In this document: positions 1 through 12,405 of the stretch, in pieces | Numbering within the stretch: position 1 is the stretch's first letter | Layout: every line of letters starts with the position of its first letter | From: Catajapyx aquilonaris | Lineage: Eukaryota | DNA length: 64,000 nt | Reading direction: 5' to 3' | NCBI GenBank assembly: GCA_000934665.2 | Contig: KZ538052.1 | Location: 62,001-126,000 of the forward strand | Made by a program: the position numbers and the translations under genes | The notes under the pieces: model-generated | Seen by the model: the letters and a program-made list of their open reading frames with translations, nothing else | Told to the model about the DNA's origin: nothing | The model's database searches: none

Positions 1-1374
1 CTCCATGTAAGTATAATTTGCACTCCAAATGAAAATCAGGAGTGCAAGCACACATTCATATAGTAATTATTGATGACATCATTTTTGACATAAACAAGTG
101 TAGGCCTACAATAAATAAAACTTCATACTAATGAAATTATGGCCATTATTACGCACTGTGATGTGTAATTAAATTCAATCCATTTCAGAGTGTTAACAAA
201 GTAAGTAAATTTAAATACCACAAGGCATAAATATGTGTAAAGGTGCATTATAGATACGTTTGCATATAATTATATTAATATTCAATATTAAGCATAAATA
301 ACAAAAGGATATGGGGATATCGATGCAGTAGACTACTCGTACTGTACAGCATAATACTATTTATGCACAAAATGATTGTGTAACAGGCAAAGCAAGTTTT
401 GAGTTAAAACTGCACCTAGCATTTATAATCAATCTAACGCAAAGTTACTAGTGCTTAACATGCCCTTATCAAAACATTACATCTGCATTATAATCCAATC
501 CTTGTTTTCACAACCCAATTATTTTCATACATCAAAATATCGATTCTGACTCCTTTGATATTCAGCGGTGAACCACACACCACCCAAACAGAAAAAAAAC
601 TACATTTCCATACATAGTACCGCACGGTGATTTTCCAGGCCCTAATATGTAGATCTGCGCACAACTTCCGCCCCCATTTTTTCCATCATATTTCGTCTCT
701 TTCACCGTTGATGCACTTGGCGTGACGCTCTTCATTAAAACTTCACCAAGCTTTACCTCCGCATTACATTTGGAGGTTCGTGTAGATGAGTGAACACAAC
801 GGAACTTTTCCGCCCCATCAAGGCTATGGAATTGTGACGACTCATTCAAAATAGGCCTCCGTCGTTCCCTCAGGACGAACTGAGGACAAACGACAATCTA
901 CCACATTACCTGACACCCTGAGAACCCTTCAAAAAGCAACGGACACGACGTATCGGCAGGCTGAAAGTCGATAACAAAGTGGGCGGACGAAACAGTTGGG
1001 TCGCTTTAAGAGGCCTTGGGAAACAGTCTTTTTTGGTTAAAAGAAGTCGTTTAGTTGTAAATGAACCGGGTTGGGATGGCGGTGCACTCGTGGCTGTAAT
1101 TCACAGGGACTTAAATCTCTCCATTTATTGGCAAACCGCGGTAAAAAAGGGGGGTTGGCGCAGTATTTTAAGGGGTCTCGGGTTTTGCGACGTTAGGCAT
1201 AATTGAAGGGGAACTCCCCGCATCGTGGGATGTCATTCTGACATATTTATACTCCTACCTGTAGGTAGGACGTCACATAGTCATTTGCTGAAGGTTTTCA
1301 GGAATTCAATGGGATATTCAGGCCGTAGTGGCTTCAAATGTGCCTACAGCCAATCGTGTGGCTCCAACGGGACT

Positions 1375-1500
1375 TCAAGGACACTCACAGCCAATCGTCT
1401 GAGTCAAGGACACTCACATCCAATCGTCTGAGTCAAGGACACTCACAGGCAATCGTCTGAGTCAAGGACACTCATAGCCAATCGTCTGAGTCAAGGACAC
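1375..1500. repeat. 29-bp minisatellite (~4.3 copies)
   Basis: Unit TCAAGGACACTCACAGCCAATCGTCTGAG repeated head-to-tail with few substitutions; degenerate copies continue to ~1590. Confidence 0.9.
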
Positions 1501-2659
1501 CAGCAGGCTGTGACGTGGTTCGAGTGTTTCAAGGACATCACCGCTCACAGCTTGAGTCAAGGCCATTTCCAACCAATAATGTGGCTCCAGGGACGCCTGT
1601 AGCCTATAGCCTTAAATATATGCAGGTACTGCAACCAATTGTAAACCACTTAGGGCCACCCACCAAAACCAATTTCCCTGCAGATGTATCTGTGATCACC
1701 TAGCCAGAATCGACCCCAAAAGAGGGGCCATTCCCCTGTCCCGAAAAGTGTCCCGGTCGGGACATTTGTCTGCGGGGCAACGGTCACGTATCTTTAGAGA
1801 AGCAGGTTCCGAGCCGCTGGTCCTGAACAGGGTGGGCCAAGAATCGGATCCATTTTGAGCCAAAAAAAAGTCCGGTTTTTTTCGCAATTCGGACGGTTTT
1901 CCAGAGAGACGTAATCGCATTAGCTACAAGGGGGCAATTGCATTATACCAGGGCAACAGCTGGGCCTAGCAATAATTGATCGTGTTATAATTGAAATTAA
2001 GGGTTATGCACCTAGGTATCAAAAACAGCGGGGTGTTTTTTTTACTTGTATGGTCCCAGAGAGCGAAAGGAATTGTTGCTGGTTTGTGATGACCCGAGGA
2101 TAATTACAACAAAGGCTTCCGAAACAGATGTGTTTGCCAGCGGCAGGGGGGCGAAATGGGGCAGGGGGCGAAAAATGGGGGATGGCAGGCGGTGCATTCT
2201 GCAGCCCTTCCTTTTATGAACCCTAATAGAGAGCAAAATTTTGCGGCAAAAGTTTCGCGACGTGATTCCCTCGATTACGTGAATACCACATTACGGAAGT
2301 TGGCTAACTTAAACAGGTCGTTTAAAATAGTGTGACAAAATATGGACACACTTAGTAGTCTGATTCAGAGATGACTTTTGGTAGTTGAATATTATTTCCG
2401 TTAATTAAAATAATAATTCAATTAATCAATAAATTTATTCAAGAATTGGTTTACGTCGTATGTATGTGATACATCAGTAATACCTGTTTATGTTGAACAC
2501 AAACGGTTCCATTTGAAATGTCCAATAGAGGGAGTGTCCTATTCAACTTGGCAGGTTTTACTGTATTACACAATTTTAAACGGCGCTTTTTTAAGTTAGA
2601 AAATATGTATGGAGTTATATATGTCATTAATATGCAGAGAAGTGACTATATACTACAAC

Positions 2660-2700
2660 ATTATGATCCCATTTTCATAATATGAAAATGGGATCATAAT
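2660..2700. repeat. Perfect hairpin (20-bp arms, 1-nt spacer)
   Basis: ATTATGATCCCATTTTCATA-A-TATGAAAATGGGATCATAAT; the arms are exact reverse complements. Confidence 0.95.
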
Positions 2701-2744
2701 TATATGTCCAACAGGTGGCCAAACCATTGTAATATACCTTACAA

Positions 2745-2857
2745 TAGGTTAGGTTAGGTTAGGTTAGGTTAGGTTAGGTTAGGTTAGGTTAGGTTTGGTT
2801 TGGTTTTGGGTAAGGTAGGCACACGTGTGCCTACCTTACCCATAACCTAACCTAACC
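2745..2857. repeat. (TTAGG)n tract, 36-bp perfect palindrome, then (CCTAA)n tract
   Basis: About 10 TAGGT units at 2745-2795; TGGGTAAGGTAGGCACAC|GTGTGCCTACCTTACCCA at 2807-2842; then TAACCTAACCTAACC. Confidence 0.9.
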
Positions 2858-2888
2858 CAAAAAAACCGTATCTCCGCCGGATCAGCCC

Positions 2889-2966
<78 letters not shown>
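2889..2966. repeat. (AAT)26 microsatellite
   Basis: Uninterrupted AAT trinucleotide run. Confidence 0.97.
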
Positions 2967-2967
<1 letters not shown>

Positions 2968-5900
2968 GCATGTAGGCGTCTGGAGAAATCTGCTTTAGAA
3001 GCTTGAGACAATGACGTAAGAGGATGCCGCAAGCTTCTGACGCATTTGATCCAAGATTAGTTTGAGTGCAGCCTTACTAGTTTTGAAAGGATCAGTCAAA
3101 CTGGAAGCCCCCCATCATTTTCTGGAGGAAACGTGGAAAACGTTCCTGCAGAAATTCCGATCCGATTTGCATCCGTCGATTTGCTCTATTCGAGAGCTCC
3201 AATCATATGGACAAGTGAATTCCGCTGAAGATTTCATTATTCCTTAGGGGTGTCAGACAAGAGTCCCCCCCCCCTCCTCTCCCTCCATCTTGCATAGACG
3301 AAGTACCTTTTCTTAAAATTGACTGCTGGAAGAAGGTGGGAAAAAAACTATAGTGATTTCCATCCGTTTAGAGTACATCTTGACAAATCGCTGCTTTCGG
3401 ATCTGTTTTTGAACAGGGCTACATAATCACGTTTTCATTTCTAAATGTTATTTTAAGATGTCAATATTTGATGTCGAGGCAAGTTGGAGATTTGGCAGTG
3501 ACATAGTGCGGAATTGGTACAGTGCCATCAACTACTATGCGAAACCTTGAATATCTTGCAAGTTTCCTCAAATATCAAAGTGCATCGAAAGCGTAATTCG
3601 CAGAAATAGGCGAATTATTTTGGGAAAATTTGCATGAAGGACATATTTGGACATGACCTGATGCTGATTCAACTTCCACGGTTCATTTAAAATATATACA
3701 TATGCAGTAATATCGATCTATTTTCTCCTAACAACACAATCAGGCCAGTGCAAACTTTGGCAAACAATTTGCCATCATTAACTTTCAGTTATATTTCGGG
3801 GCATTCAATGCCTATTCTATGCACTCATAGAGTATGCTATACACTCTATTATTAAACACCGTGTTAATTTTGTCACGAGCAGCATAACATCTGGACCAAT
3901 TCTGGAGTGAAGTGGCAAGTAACAACTCACTAATTACCTTAACTAATTACTTCCCGCCAACGCGTCCGTAAATAACCAAACACCCATGCCGGATAATGAG
4001 ATCTACTTCATGTACAATGAACAGAAATAGTCAATTGTTTAAAAAAAATTCTATGAATTTGTTAAACACAAATCAGCTCATTACCTACTTTACTTCAATA
4101 TTAACTTATGGTGTGAAAACTAATTAAAGTTTTCAAAACTTTTCCACTCTTTTGTGGCAAGCTCAAGTTCGGCACCAGATTTTCTGCGGTTTGAACGCAG
4201 CTTTGAGCAACGACCGCGTCTAGACAGTTACCGACACCGCCTTACTGTCACCAAAATTTCTAAGCAAAAACTTCTCAGTTCAATGCCGGTTTTAATCTAG
4301 GATTAACTACTGAATGAGGCTGTATATTTCACGCAGCTAAAACTTATTAATTCCGACGAATTGTTGGAGCCAGTCGCTTCATAGGATATGAGGTTTCGTA
4401 CAAAATCATTGGTCGAAAAAATAGGGATAATTAACATCAGTCGGATCAAGCCACCCAACCATAGAGTGAATGCGATTATTCCGGTATTTAATCAGGTTCT
4501 ACCAATGATTGCACTTTGGATTAAAATCAAAGTGATATGCAAAGTGTTATTCAAAAAATTCCATTGAAAATTGATCCACATTGCCTCTAATTTTTTTGTC
4601 AATAAATGTTTTTAAAACCAGTTTGTCCTATACTTACAAGATATTCCAATCTGGAGCTACGAAGCTGTCAGTACTCCCATCTCCAAACTGTGGTCACCGA
4701 TGACCCTGCATGACCTGATCCTTAGCCTCCCCCCCACCCCCACATCCCATCACCATTACATCTCCCTGTAGCCTTGCACCACCATGGCAGCAACCACCAC
4801 TTAATATACCGTCGTAAATCCTCCTTATCTTACTCCTTGTTGCACCAACCAACTCTGTAGGTCTGGCCACCCTGGGTCCACACCAGCAGACTGAGCGCCC
4901 TAGAACCAGCTCCAGCCGTGGACCAACAGAGTCTGCGTTGTGAGCAGGATCGTGACTGCTGCAGTTCCGACCCACAAGATGCGTCTCTTCCAGAGGGGGG
5001 GTTCAGGAATTTGGATTTAATTACCGGAGATTTAGGGATAAATATATGGCATTCCGGTGGGGTCAAGACCCAATTTGTCCATATGTCCAGGAGTAAGGTG
5101 ACTGATGAGTTGGGGGCAAAAAAATGTCAAAGAATTTCATTTTCTATTGTGCATTGCTCTTGGTAGGGGGGAATAAAGCGAATTTCAACAATAGGGGATA
5201 AAAAAATTGGGGAGTGTAATACAAGTGTCCTGCACTGGTAATGTGTAAAGTAACGTATGTGTTAGTTGTGAATGTAGTTTGGAGTTATGGCAGTTTGGTC
5301 AATTTAACAAGTAGGTCTACGTACAGAAATATCATAATTGATATGGCATCACACTAATCAAAACTTACATATGAAATTCCCCACAAAAACACTGTAATAT
5401 TACCAGCACGTATGTTACGCTCCCGTTTTCAATTCGAAAAAGTTAGTCCCATATTGTAGAAACCTTATTTGTGTCATCGTTCAAAGTTAATATTGTAACA
5501 GAGAGAAACTATTGTTTTTCACATAGTTATTGCGATGAAGTTTCCTGATCGATACTAATAGATGAGAGCACCGTAATATGTCTCCAACTTTAGCTCATAA
5601 CTTTAGCTTACAACGTAGTGTTTTTCTCGTTCAGCCCGAATCTAAATAGTAAGTTATTACGTGTCCCATAATTCAGCGACCATTTTTTTAAAAAAACCAA
5701 ACAGGGCCCTAAGTTTACACTATGCAGCCTAAACTGGTGGCGTGAGGGAATGGGCACGAACCTATCGCCACTTGTCATAGCCCCTGTCCTGTTGGAACGT
5801 GTTTGAAGGCAAACACAACGGAAGTGGCCGTTACATCAAGTATGGACGATGTCAAATAAAGCCATGGCCCAAACAAGGCTCTTTCCATCGTTAATAATGA

Positions 5901-6628
5901 CGTTAGCTTTGAAATTATATCCGCGCTTGGATGTCATTCAATTACGGGCATTTACACTTCTACCGAATGATATATCCCTCCCCAGCATTGTGGGCACGTG
6001 ACCTATTCAAACCGCTCGCTGGACATGTAATGACGGTGATAATGGCGGTCCATATGTTACGATCCGAACCACATGCCAGAATTACATATTCAATAACCGT
6101 GCTCGTTCATGTCTACCGCTCTTTTATGTCCAGTGTCGACCTATTATCATTATTAGTATTAATATTATTATTACAATCTTGAAGTTTCTTTCCCAATGGA
6201 ATGTGTGAGTTCTCTTTTGACCATACGTTTGTAATGCAGCGGAAATTACGCGTTCTTTTGATTTGTCCCGAAATTGTTTGAGCCATGATATTGCCGCAGT
6301 GTGCTTTTAGACCCGTCCTTTTCCGCCACAAAACGAGATTCAACTGACCAGCAGGCCTCGCTCTTTTTTTTCCTTTTTCTCTCGGTTTTTGGCGGGCGGC
6401 TATAAAAAATATGGGCAGAGCCTTTACAGTAGACTGCTCCTCTCCAATCGCAATAACCCGCCAGCACCGTGAGCTAACGTGGCCCTATTTTTACAGTTAG
6501 GGGCCTAGCCACGTGTTGTACAGTTAACGGATACCTAGAGAGCAATCCGCCATAATTAGATGGGAGATAACAATCTTAACTTAGTTTGCAAAAAGAGGTG
6601 GATACCATCTGCTCTAAACGGTTATTGC

Positions 6629-6703
6629 TAGTTCCTCCCAGCCACGAGAGGCGCTGCCTCCCGCTCATTGCGCAGGAGCAGAACGGCGGCCAATCAGAAG
6701 CGT
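6629..6703 (+). repeat. Dispersed ~75-bp repeat, copy 1 (homologous to 46888-46966 on the minus strand)
   Basis: TAGTTCC..CCACGAGAGGCGCTG..CTCATTGCGCAGGAGCAGAA..GGCCAATCAGAAGCGT aligns colinearly with the reverse complement of 46888-46966. Confidence 0.7.
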
Positions 6704-9527
6704 TGGCGTAGACCAAAGATGGCTGAGGATTATCCCAATTTATGCCCAGACCCGGGAGAGGCGCTGCTCTTTTGCGCCAGATTCGAATTGCCGAACTTTG
6801 ATGGCTCGCCCTGGCCTTACCGTTCGTATCTCAGGAAAACTGCTTATACCCTCGGGAATCAGGATTTTTTTGCGCGATTTTGAGAGCCCAACTTGTATTT
6901 TGAGTGGAGTGTCCCTTTAATAAATAAGCAAAAGTAATAATGGCTCCTTTTCCTTTATGATTTCTTTGCCCAAGTCCACAGTTCAAGAGACGGCTAAGTG
7001 AAGTTACTGAACTACGGTATAGGCAGTGCACTATACCCTGTGTATGAAGGAAAATTATGCATAATGTAGTTATGTAAATTCATTTCCTATCAAATCTGCT
7101 AGCAACTTTACATATCCGTTCCAACAATACTGACAACTGAAAATTTCATGTCCAAAATGTGCAAATACGCCCTGATATACATACAGAGGGGCAATTCCCT
7201 TGCCCAAAATAGTGTTACCAATCACATGGGCCCTTGGAATCAGTCCCAAGTTGATTCTGGCAAGGTTTGGTCTCCTCTGGCTTGATTCCAACACTAGTGG
7301 AAATTGGCAAAAAAAAAAATCTCAAGACATGTATATGTCGGATGTACTGTACAAGGAATTCTGAACTCTCTACGGTGCTCACCCCATTTCTGTTTTGAGT
7401 GAATGTTGTAGATGAATCCTCCCATCAGGAGCCGAGACTTGGATGCAGTTAAGTGATGGATAGGGAAGATTAAATGGTGGATCACTCCACGGAAACTGTT
7501 TTCGTGTCCTTTGCTCCGGAAATTTCGAAGGACGTAGAAAATTCCTGTGCTTTTTTTTGAGGTGGTTTCTGGTTACTTTAACAGGCGTGGAATATGTGTG
7601 TGCAAGGGCAGGGCGGGGTATGGGCGTTTAGAAAGATCATTTTGGAGCTGAATTACAGTCACGCTTGTCCATTAGTCTAATGCGAGAATCCAATCGAAAG
7701 CTGGCCTGATTATGAGAGAGGACAGGTAAGTGCGCATTATGTGAAAGTGTGGAAAAATTGAGGTTGCCGTACAAGCTAACTGTAATCAGCAAAAAGGCTC
7801 ATTTCACGATATAGGTTTAAGCTATAAAGCTTAAATACGTCAATTTTGTACCATTCGACTGATTATGCCCACTGAGGATCTGCATCTAACATGATGAATG
7901 GTTCATCTAGGAAATCAAATTAGGGTAAATCTCTCGTTATATGTAAAAATATGTGAGGCACTAATCTGCTACTTTTTAAAGACTGTTAGGATATCGGAAA
8001 AACACAAGATCAGTTTCCATTTCCCTCACTTAATCACAACAATAAAACCCTGTCAGTCTACGAAGTTTCGCAACAAAAAACATGAGACAACGTGATTATT
8101 CCTAGTCGTAAATCATGCCACAACCGGGCAGTAAATAACTAAGCTGGCAACATTGCCTTTATTCGACGCAATACTAACTTTTCGCAGCTATAACTCACCA
8201 GAGTGTAAAGGTGCGTGTGATTGGGTATTTCCACCTGATTTGAGCAAATCGCGAAAGTAGTACGGGAGGGATTGACTCGCAGTTTCCTCAGGAAATGAAA
8301 CTGACGGGAGATGGTATAGCTATCCGGTAGCCCAATCCCGGATGGATAACCGGGAAGCCATTCCGCGACTTGGAGACAATAGCTTTTTCCCCAACTGAAC
8401 ATTGCTTGCCCTGAAGCCCGAATAGGGGGCAATACAGCCCGGCGACTGGAAAATTGTTTTTCGTTGCGTCTCGAGCGTGACAAAAACGCTAGGGGCATAT
8501 GCGAAGAGAGCGAACCTCATCTGAGGTGGCAACCAAGCCTGCGATGCGATGCTTTCTACGCCAAACGTCGCGCGATATCGGTTGTCTGGTGGGTATCGCC
8601 CACACTTTTGAAGTATAAAGGAGCAATTTTGTCACCCACATTATGTTCAGAGCAATGAAAACTCGGAGCACATGGTAGGTGGATACACTGTAAGTGCTCC
8701 CTTGTATCATTCTGAGCCTTGTTGTTGATGCTCGTCAAAGCGAAATGAGCAGCCGGTCGCTAATTCTATACAAATAAAACCTTTGTGAGGTAATTTAACC
8801 AACCATCTCGGTTGGAAAACAAGCTCTTTCACCCTTTGCATGCGGAACGAGCGATGCAGCAGTTGTTACTGGAGATATGTGGCCTAACAATGCTCGTAAA
8901 AATGTGTGCATAACAACGGAAATGTTAGCTGGGGTTATAATTACGAGTGTTAGTAAAAATGACTGGTGTTATTATAGAAGAGTTATGGAATAATCTCATT
9001 AGCAGTAAACGAAACTGGATATAACAATATGATCTAGACTAAATCTGGTTTCAACTTACAACTATTTGCATAAGTTTAATATCACTTGCAAATGGCTTCA
9101 GTCTTGTCTATAAAAAATACCCTTCTAGCTTTATAAGGCGCAGACGAGTCCCAAGATAGACTCAAAGTCCATCGGAAATCTGCGCAGGAAATCCCTTTAA
9201 AATGAGTGTGCGGGTCAGGACGGAAGCTAGATCGTGCCGGTCTTTTTTGCGAAATCCGACGAATTCGAATGCAAATTGACACACGCAATGCTCTACAAGG
9301 TGAATCAGGATATCTTGCCTGCAGACATGCTTCGTCGAATTCACTCAAATGATCATGTTATAGGGAATATATTGAGCAAATTGTTGAAAAATTGACAATA
9401 TTGGCATTTGCGTATTTAATTGCCAAATTTTTGCACATTTGTTAATTTTTGATAGCTATAAAAAGTAACTAATTGTCCTTCGGCCCTGAGAGCGCGAAGT
9501 GACATTGTTCTGCAGCACAAAGAAGAC

Positions 9528-10900
9528 ATGGAACGACTCCAGCAACCAACACTCTCAACTGTGGGACACCAACCAGGCGGAGTAACGGACCAATGTCTGG
9601 GTTTCCGCATAATGTACTTGGTGTGTTCAAATGAAACATAAAGTGAGGCCATATCTCAGGAGCTATTTGTCTCAGCTGAGTTCTAGTGGTATCGCTAAGT
9701 AGGTCCTTTCTTGGCTAATTTTCATGCAGAGTAGTTAGTAGTCAGTATGCATATAGTGGACAAGGGAGCATTTTATGCAAGTCAACCAGGGCTATATGGA
9801 TATGGATACGTCCAAACATGCACGGCTCGCCATCATCCTTTTTCCTCATCAAGGAAGGAACTGCACCTGTGGCAATTGTCCATTGAATATTTGGATGCAG
9901 AAGGTGCATGGGAATTTCTGTTTCAACCCCAAGACTCTCTTCAAGAGGTGTAGGGAATTTATGTCCAGACGTGTATGCATGTAGGACCTTTCGAGAGAAC
10001 ATTTTCTTAGTGGGTTTCTGCACCAAGATGTCCACCAAGGTGTTGTGGTTGAAGCAGGCTCTCCCACACACCCTTGGCATCCAATGGACAATGTCCACTG
10101 GTGCAGTTCCTTCCTTGATAAGGAATAAGGATGATGACGAGTTGTGTCTGTTTGGACTAATGCATAGCCCTGGGAGACTTGCATAAAATGCTCTCCTGCC
10201 CACTACATGCATACTGATTACTAACTACTCTGCATTAAAATGAGCCATGCAAGTGCCTACTCAGAGATATACCACTAGCACTCAGCTGAGACAAATAGCT
10301 CCTGAGATATTGCATCACTTTCTGTTTTATTTGAACACGCCATCATATATACATGATACCAGCAGGTTTCAACCACAAAGCAGAAGCGCAGAAGGTATAG
10401 CCGTCCTTCTTCAAGTGGTGGGTAAGAAAACTATAGGGACCTGTACCACACCTTTACCTTTGCCACTGAGGAGGAGCACCGCAAGATAGATGAAGTAAAG
10501 AAGGTCTTTGAAGCATACTTCATCCCTCGCCGCAACAATACATTTGAGAGACGTAAGTTCAACACACATATGCAATTGCCAGTCTAGCCCATCGACGACT
10601 ACGTAACAAACCTATGTCGCGTCGTCTGGCTGCCACGTGTGAATATAGCACTCACGAAAACCATAATTGTGGATAAGATCGTAGCAGGAATTCTCGATGA
10701 CGCAATAAGAGAAACTGTTGCGCACTCACGACTTCACCTTGAAGACAGCCCAAGAGATTTTCCGTGCGGTGGAAAGCTCACAGTCCCAGGTCAAGAGTTT
10801 TCAGACACAATCAAATGTTGGCATCAGTAACATATCAACAACCGCAGAAGTTCAACACGTACAGAGCAGCGACTCAGCAACTACAGAGGGTCAGGACGAC
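9528..10900 (+). pseudogene. gag: Degenerate Ty3/Gypsy (Mag-like) LTR-retrotransposon gag remnant, interrupted by a foldback element
   Basis: Joining frames after 10350 gives YMIPAGFNHKAEAQK/IAVLLQVVGKKTI/LYHTFTFATEEEHRKIDEVKKVFEAYFIPRRNNTFERRKFNTHMQLPV*PIDDYVTNL/RLAATCEYS/IIVDKIVAGILDDAIRE/LLRTHDFTLKTAQEIFRAVESSQ. This matches the Mag-type Gag pattern (P..N..ER..F...Q, D.Y...L..LA..C.Y, D.IV.GI.D..IRE.LL, TL..A..I.RA.E). It has several frameshifts and a stop. A possible N-terminus begins at ATG 9528. Confidence 0.8.
9617..10345. mobile_element. Foldback / long-TIR non-autonomous DNA transposon (Tc1/mariner-like, TA flanks)
   Basis: About 300-bp arms (9617-9930 vs 10045-10345) are diverged reverse complements; for example, ATATCTCAGGAGCTATTTGTCTCAGCTGAG is present on both arms. 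TA dinucleotides lie at 9615-16 and 10346-47. Confidence 0.85.
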
Positions 10901-10945
10901 AAGGCCAGCAAACGACCCGCCATCTACTCCTACCCCTATCCTATA

Positions 10946-11291
10946 CTATTATCAAACTCGCCCGATGCAATTTCGCCCGACGACAACTCGCCCGGCGTAT
11001 ATATTCGCCCGATGCAAACTCGCCCGCTACAGATGCGTCGTTCGACGTCACCACTGACGAAGACTGACGTCGACGCGGAGTCCTCTCGCATGGGCTAGTT
11101 AATCGGAATTAAGTGTCGAGAATGCAACCGTAGGCAAGGGGCATCCCTTTCCAACAGAATGCACTGAAGGGAACGACGCGACGCGTCTGTAGCGGGCGAT
11201 TTTGGATCGGGCGAATATGTACGTCGGGCGAGTTGTCGTCAGGCGAATTTTCGTCGGGCTAGTTTGCATCGGGCGAATTGGTATGATACCC
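10946..11291. mobile_element. MITE with inverted arrays of ~15-bp subterminal repeats
   Basis: The left end has repeated (A/T)(C/T)TCGCCCG units followed by CTACAGATGCGTCG. The right end has CGACGCGTCTGTAG followed by repeated CGGGCGA units. Exact termini are uncertain. Confidence 0.8.
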
Positions 11292-12124
11292 TCCCTCCCG
11301 CCTCCGGACCACCCAACTCCCACAGCCAGTCCGTTACCTGCAGCCATTAGGAGCGGAGCCAGTCTTAACAGAACTATAACAGACTACTACATTGTGTACT
11401 ACACATCCGAGTATCATACTTAACAATTGGAACACTGCATTTCATAAATTTTATTCGTATCGATATGTTTTCATTCGATATATCGTTATGATTTTTCATC
11501 CGCTATGGCCGACTATGAGTGATAGCCACGTGTCAAAACTGACACGTGTTCCCCATAAAGCAACCCCCTCCCTTATTGAATGCGCCCAAAAACTTTTCCT
11601 TCCCGTCGAAACAACCTCAGTAAAAAGAAAACGGGCCTTGTTCCATCCCGATAAATCTGGAATGTAAGCAGGCCCTCGAAAGTAAGGGATCAAAGCAGAC
11701 GAAACGCGCTCTACTTCTCCATAGTGCTCATAGTTCCGCATAGATTCAGAAGGGCCAGTCAGTTGAGTGTCAAAGAGTCTATTCCTGGTGGGAGCCAAAG
11801 ATGAAGGAGGATGCACAAAAGTTGCAATCGTGTATGGAAATGGTCCCGAAGGTTCAGTTAGAAGGGGATGGTGAGGGAGGGTAAAACCTGGTAATGGCTA
11901 GACCTCGTTTCTCCGGTTTTTGAGGGGGGGGGGAGGTCCGGAGTAGGATCGATAGCGGGGCCAGAGCCTGGATGCTCCCTTCGGATACGCGCATCCGGGA
12001 GACTTGTAATCCGGCGACGATCGCCAATATTCTAACGGATTTTCTTACCGGTATGACTTGTCCGTTGGATGAACCAGAGGTTCATTACATGGTGGAGTGA
12101 TTTTTGAACCAAGTTCGGATATCA

Positions 12125-12405
12125 ATTTCCAGGGTTAAACCCTTTCAAGTCTTTGATTTCAAGGGATCAGCCCTTTCAAGCCTTCAATGTCAAGGAATCA
12201 ATCCTTTCAAGTCTTTGATTTCAAGGGATCAACCCTTTCAAGCCTTCAATGTCAAGGAAGCAACCCTTTCAAGTCTTCAATGTCAAGGAATCAACCTTTT
12301 CAAGTTTTTGATTTCAAGGAATCAACCCTTTCAAGCCTTCAATGTCAATGAATCAACCCTTTCAAGTCTTAAACTTCAAGGGGTCAACCCCGTCAAGTCT
12401 TTGAA
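12125..12405. repeat. Degenerate ~31-bp minisatellite (~9 copies)
   Basis: Alternating units of the type TCAAGGGATCAACCCTTTCAAGCCTTCAATG and TCAAGGAATCAATCCTTTCAAGTCTTTGATT. The reverse complement resembles the AAAGGGTTTGATTCAAG arrays at 18145, 19228 and 22035. Confidence 0.85.

Noticed and set aside
562..960. Minus-strand 95-aa ORF with a nearby AG acceptor (~881) as a possible terminal exon
   Set aside because: No recognisable protein similarity; the implied upstream intron would be only ~30 nt; no partner exons found.
2745..2860. True telomere or chromosome fusion site
   Set aside because: Only ~10 plus ~3 units, internal to the contig, and similar GGTTA runs occur inside a TE at 39732.
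8200..8235. Possible 36-nt minus-strand micro-exon (CAG|...|GTGAGT, VEIPNHTHLYTL)
   Set aside because: Splice-like signals are common by chance, the peptide is unrecognised and it cannot be linked to other exons.
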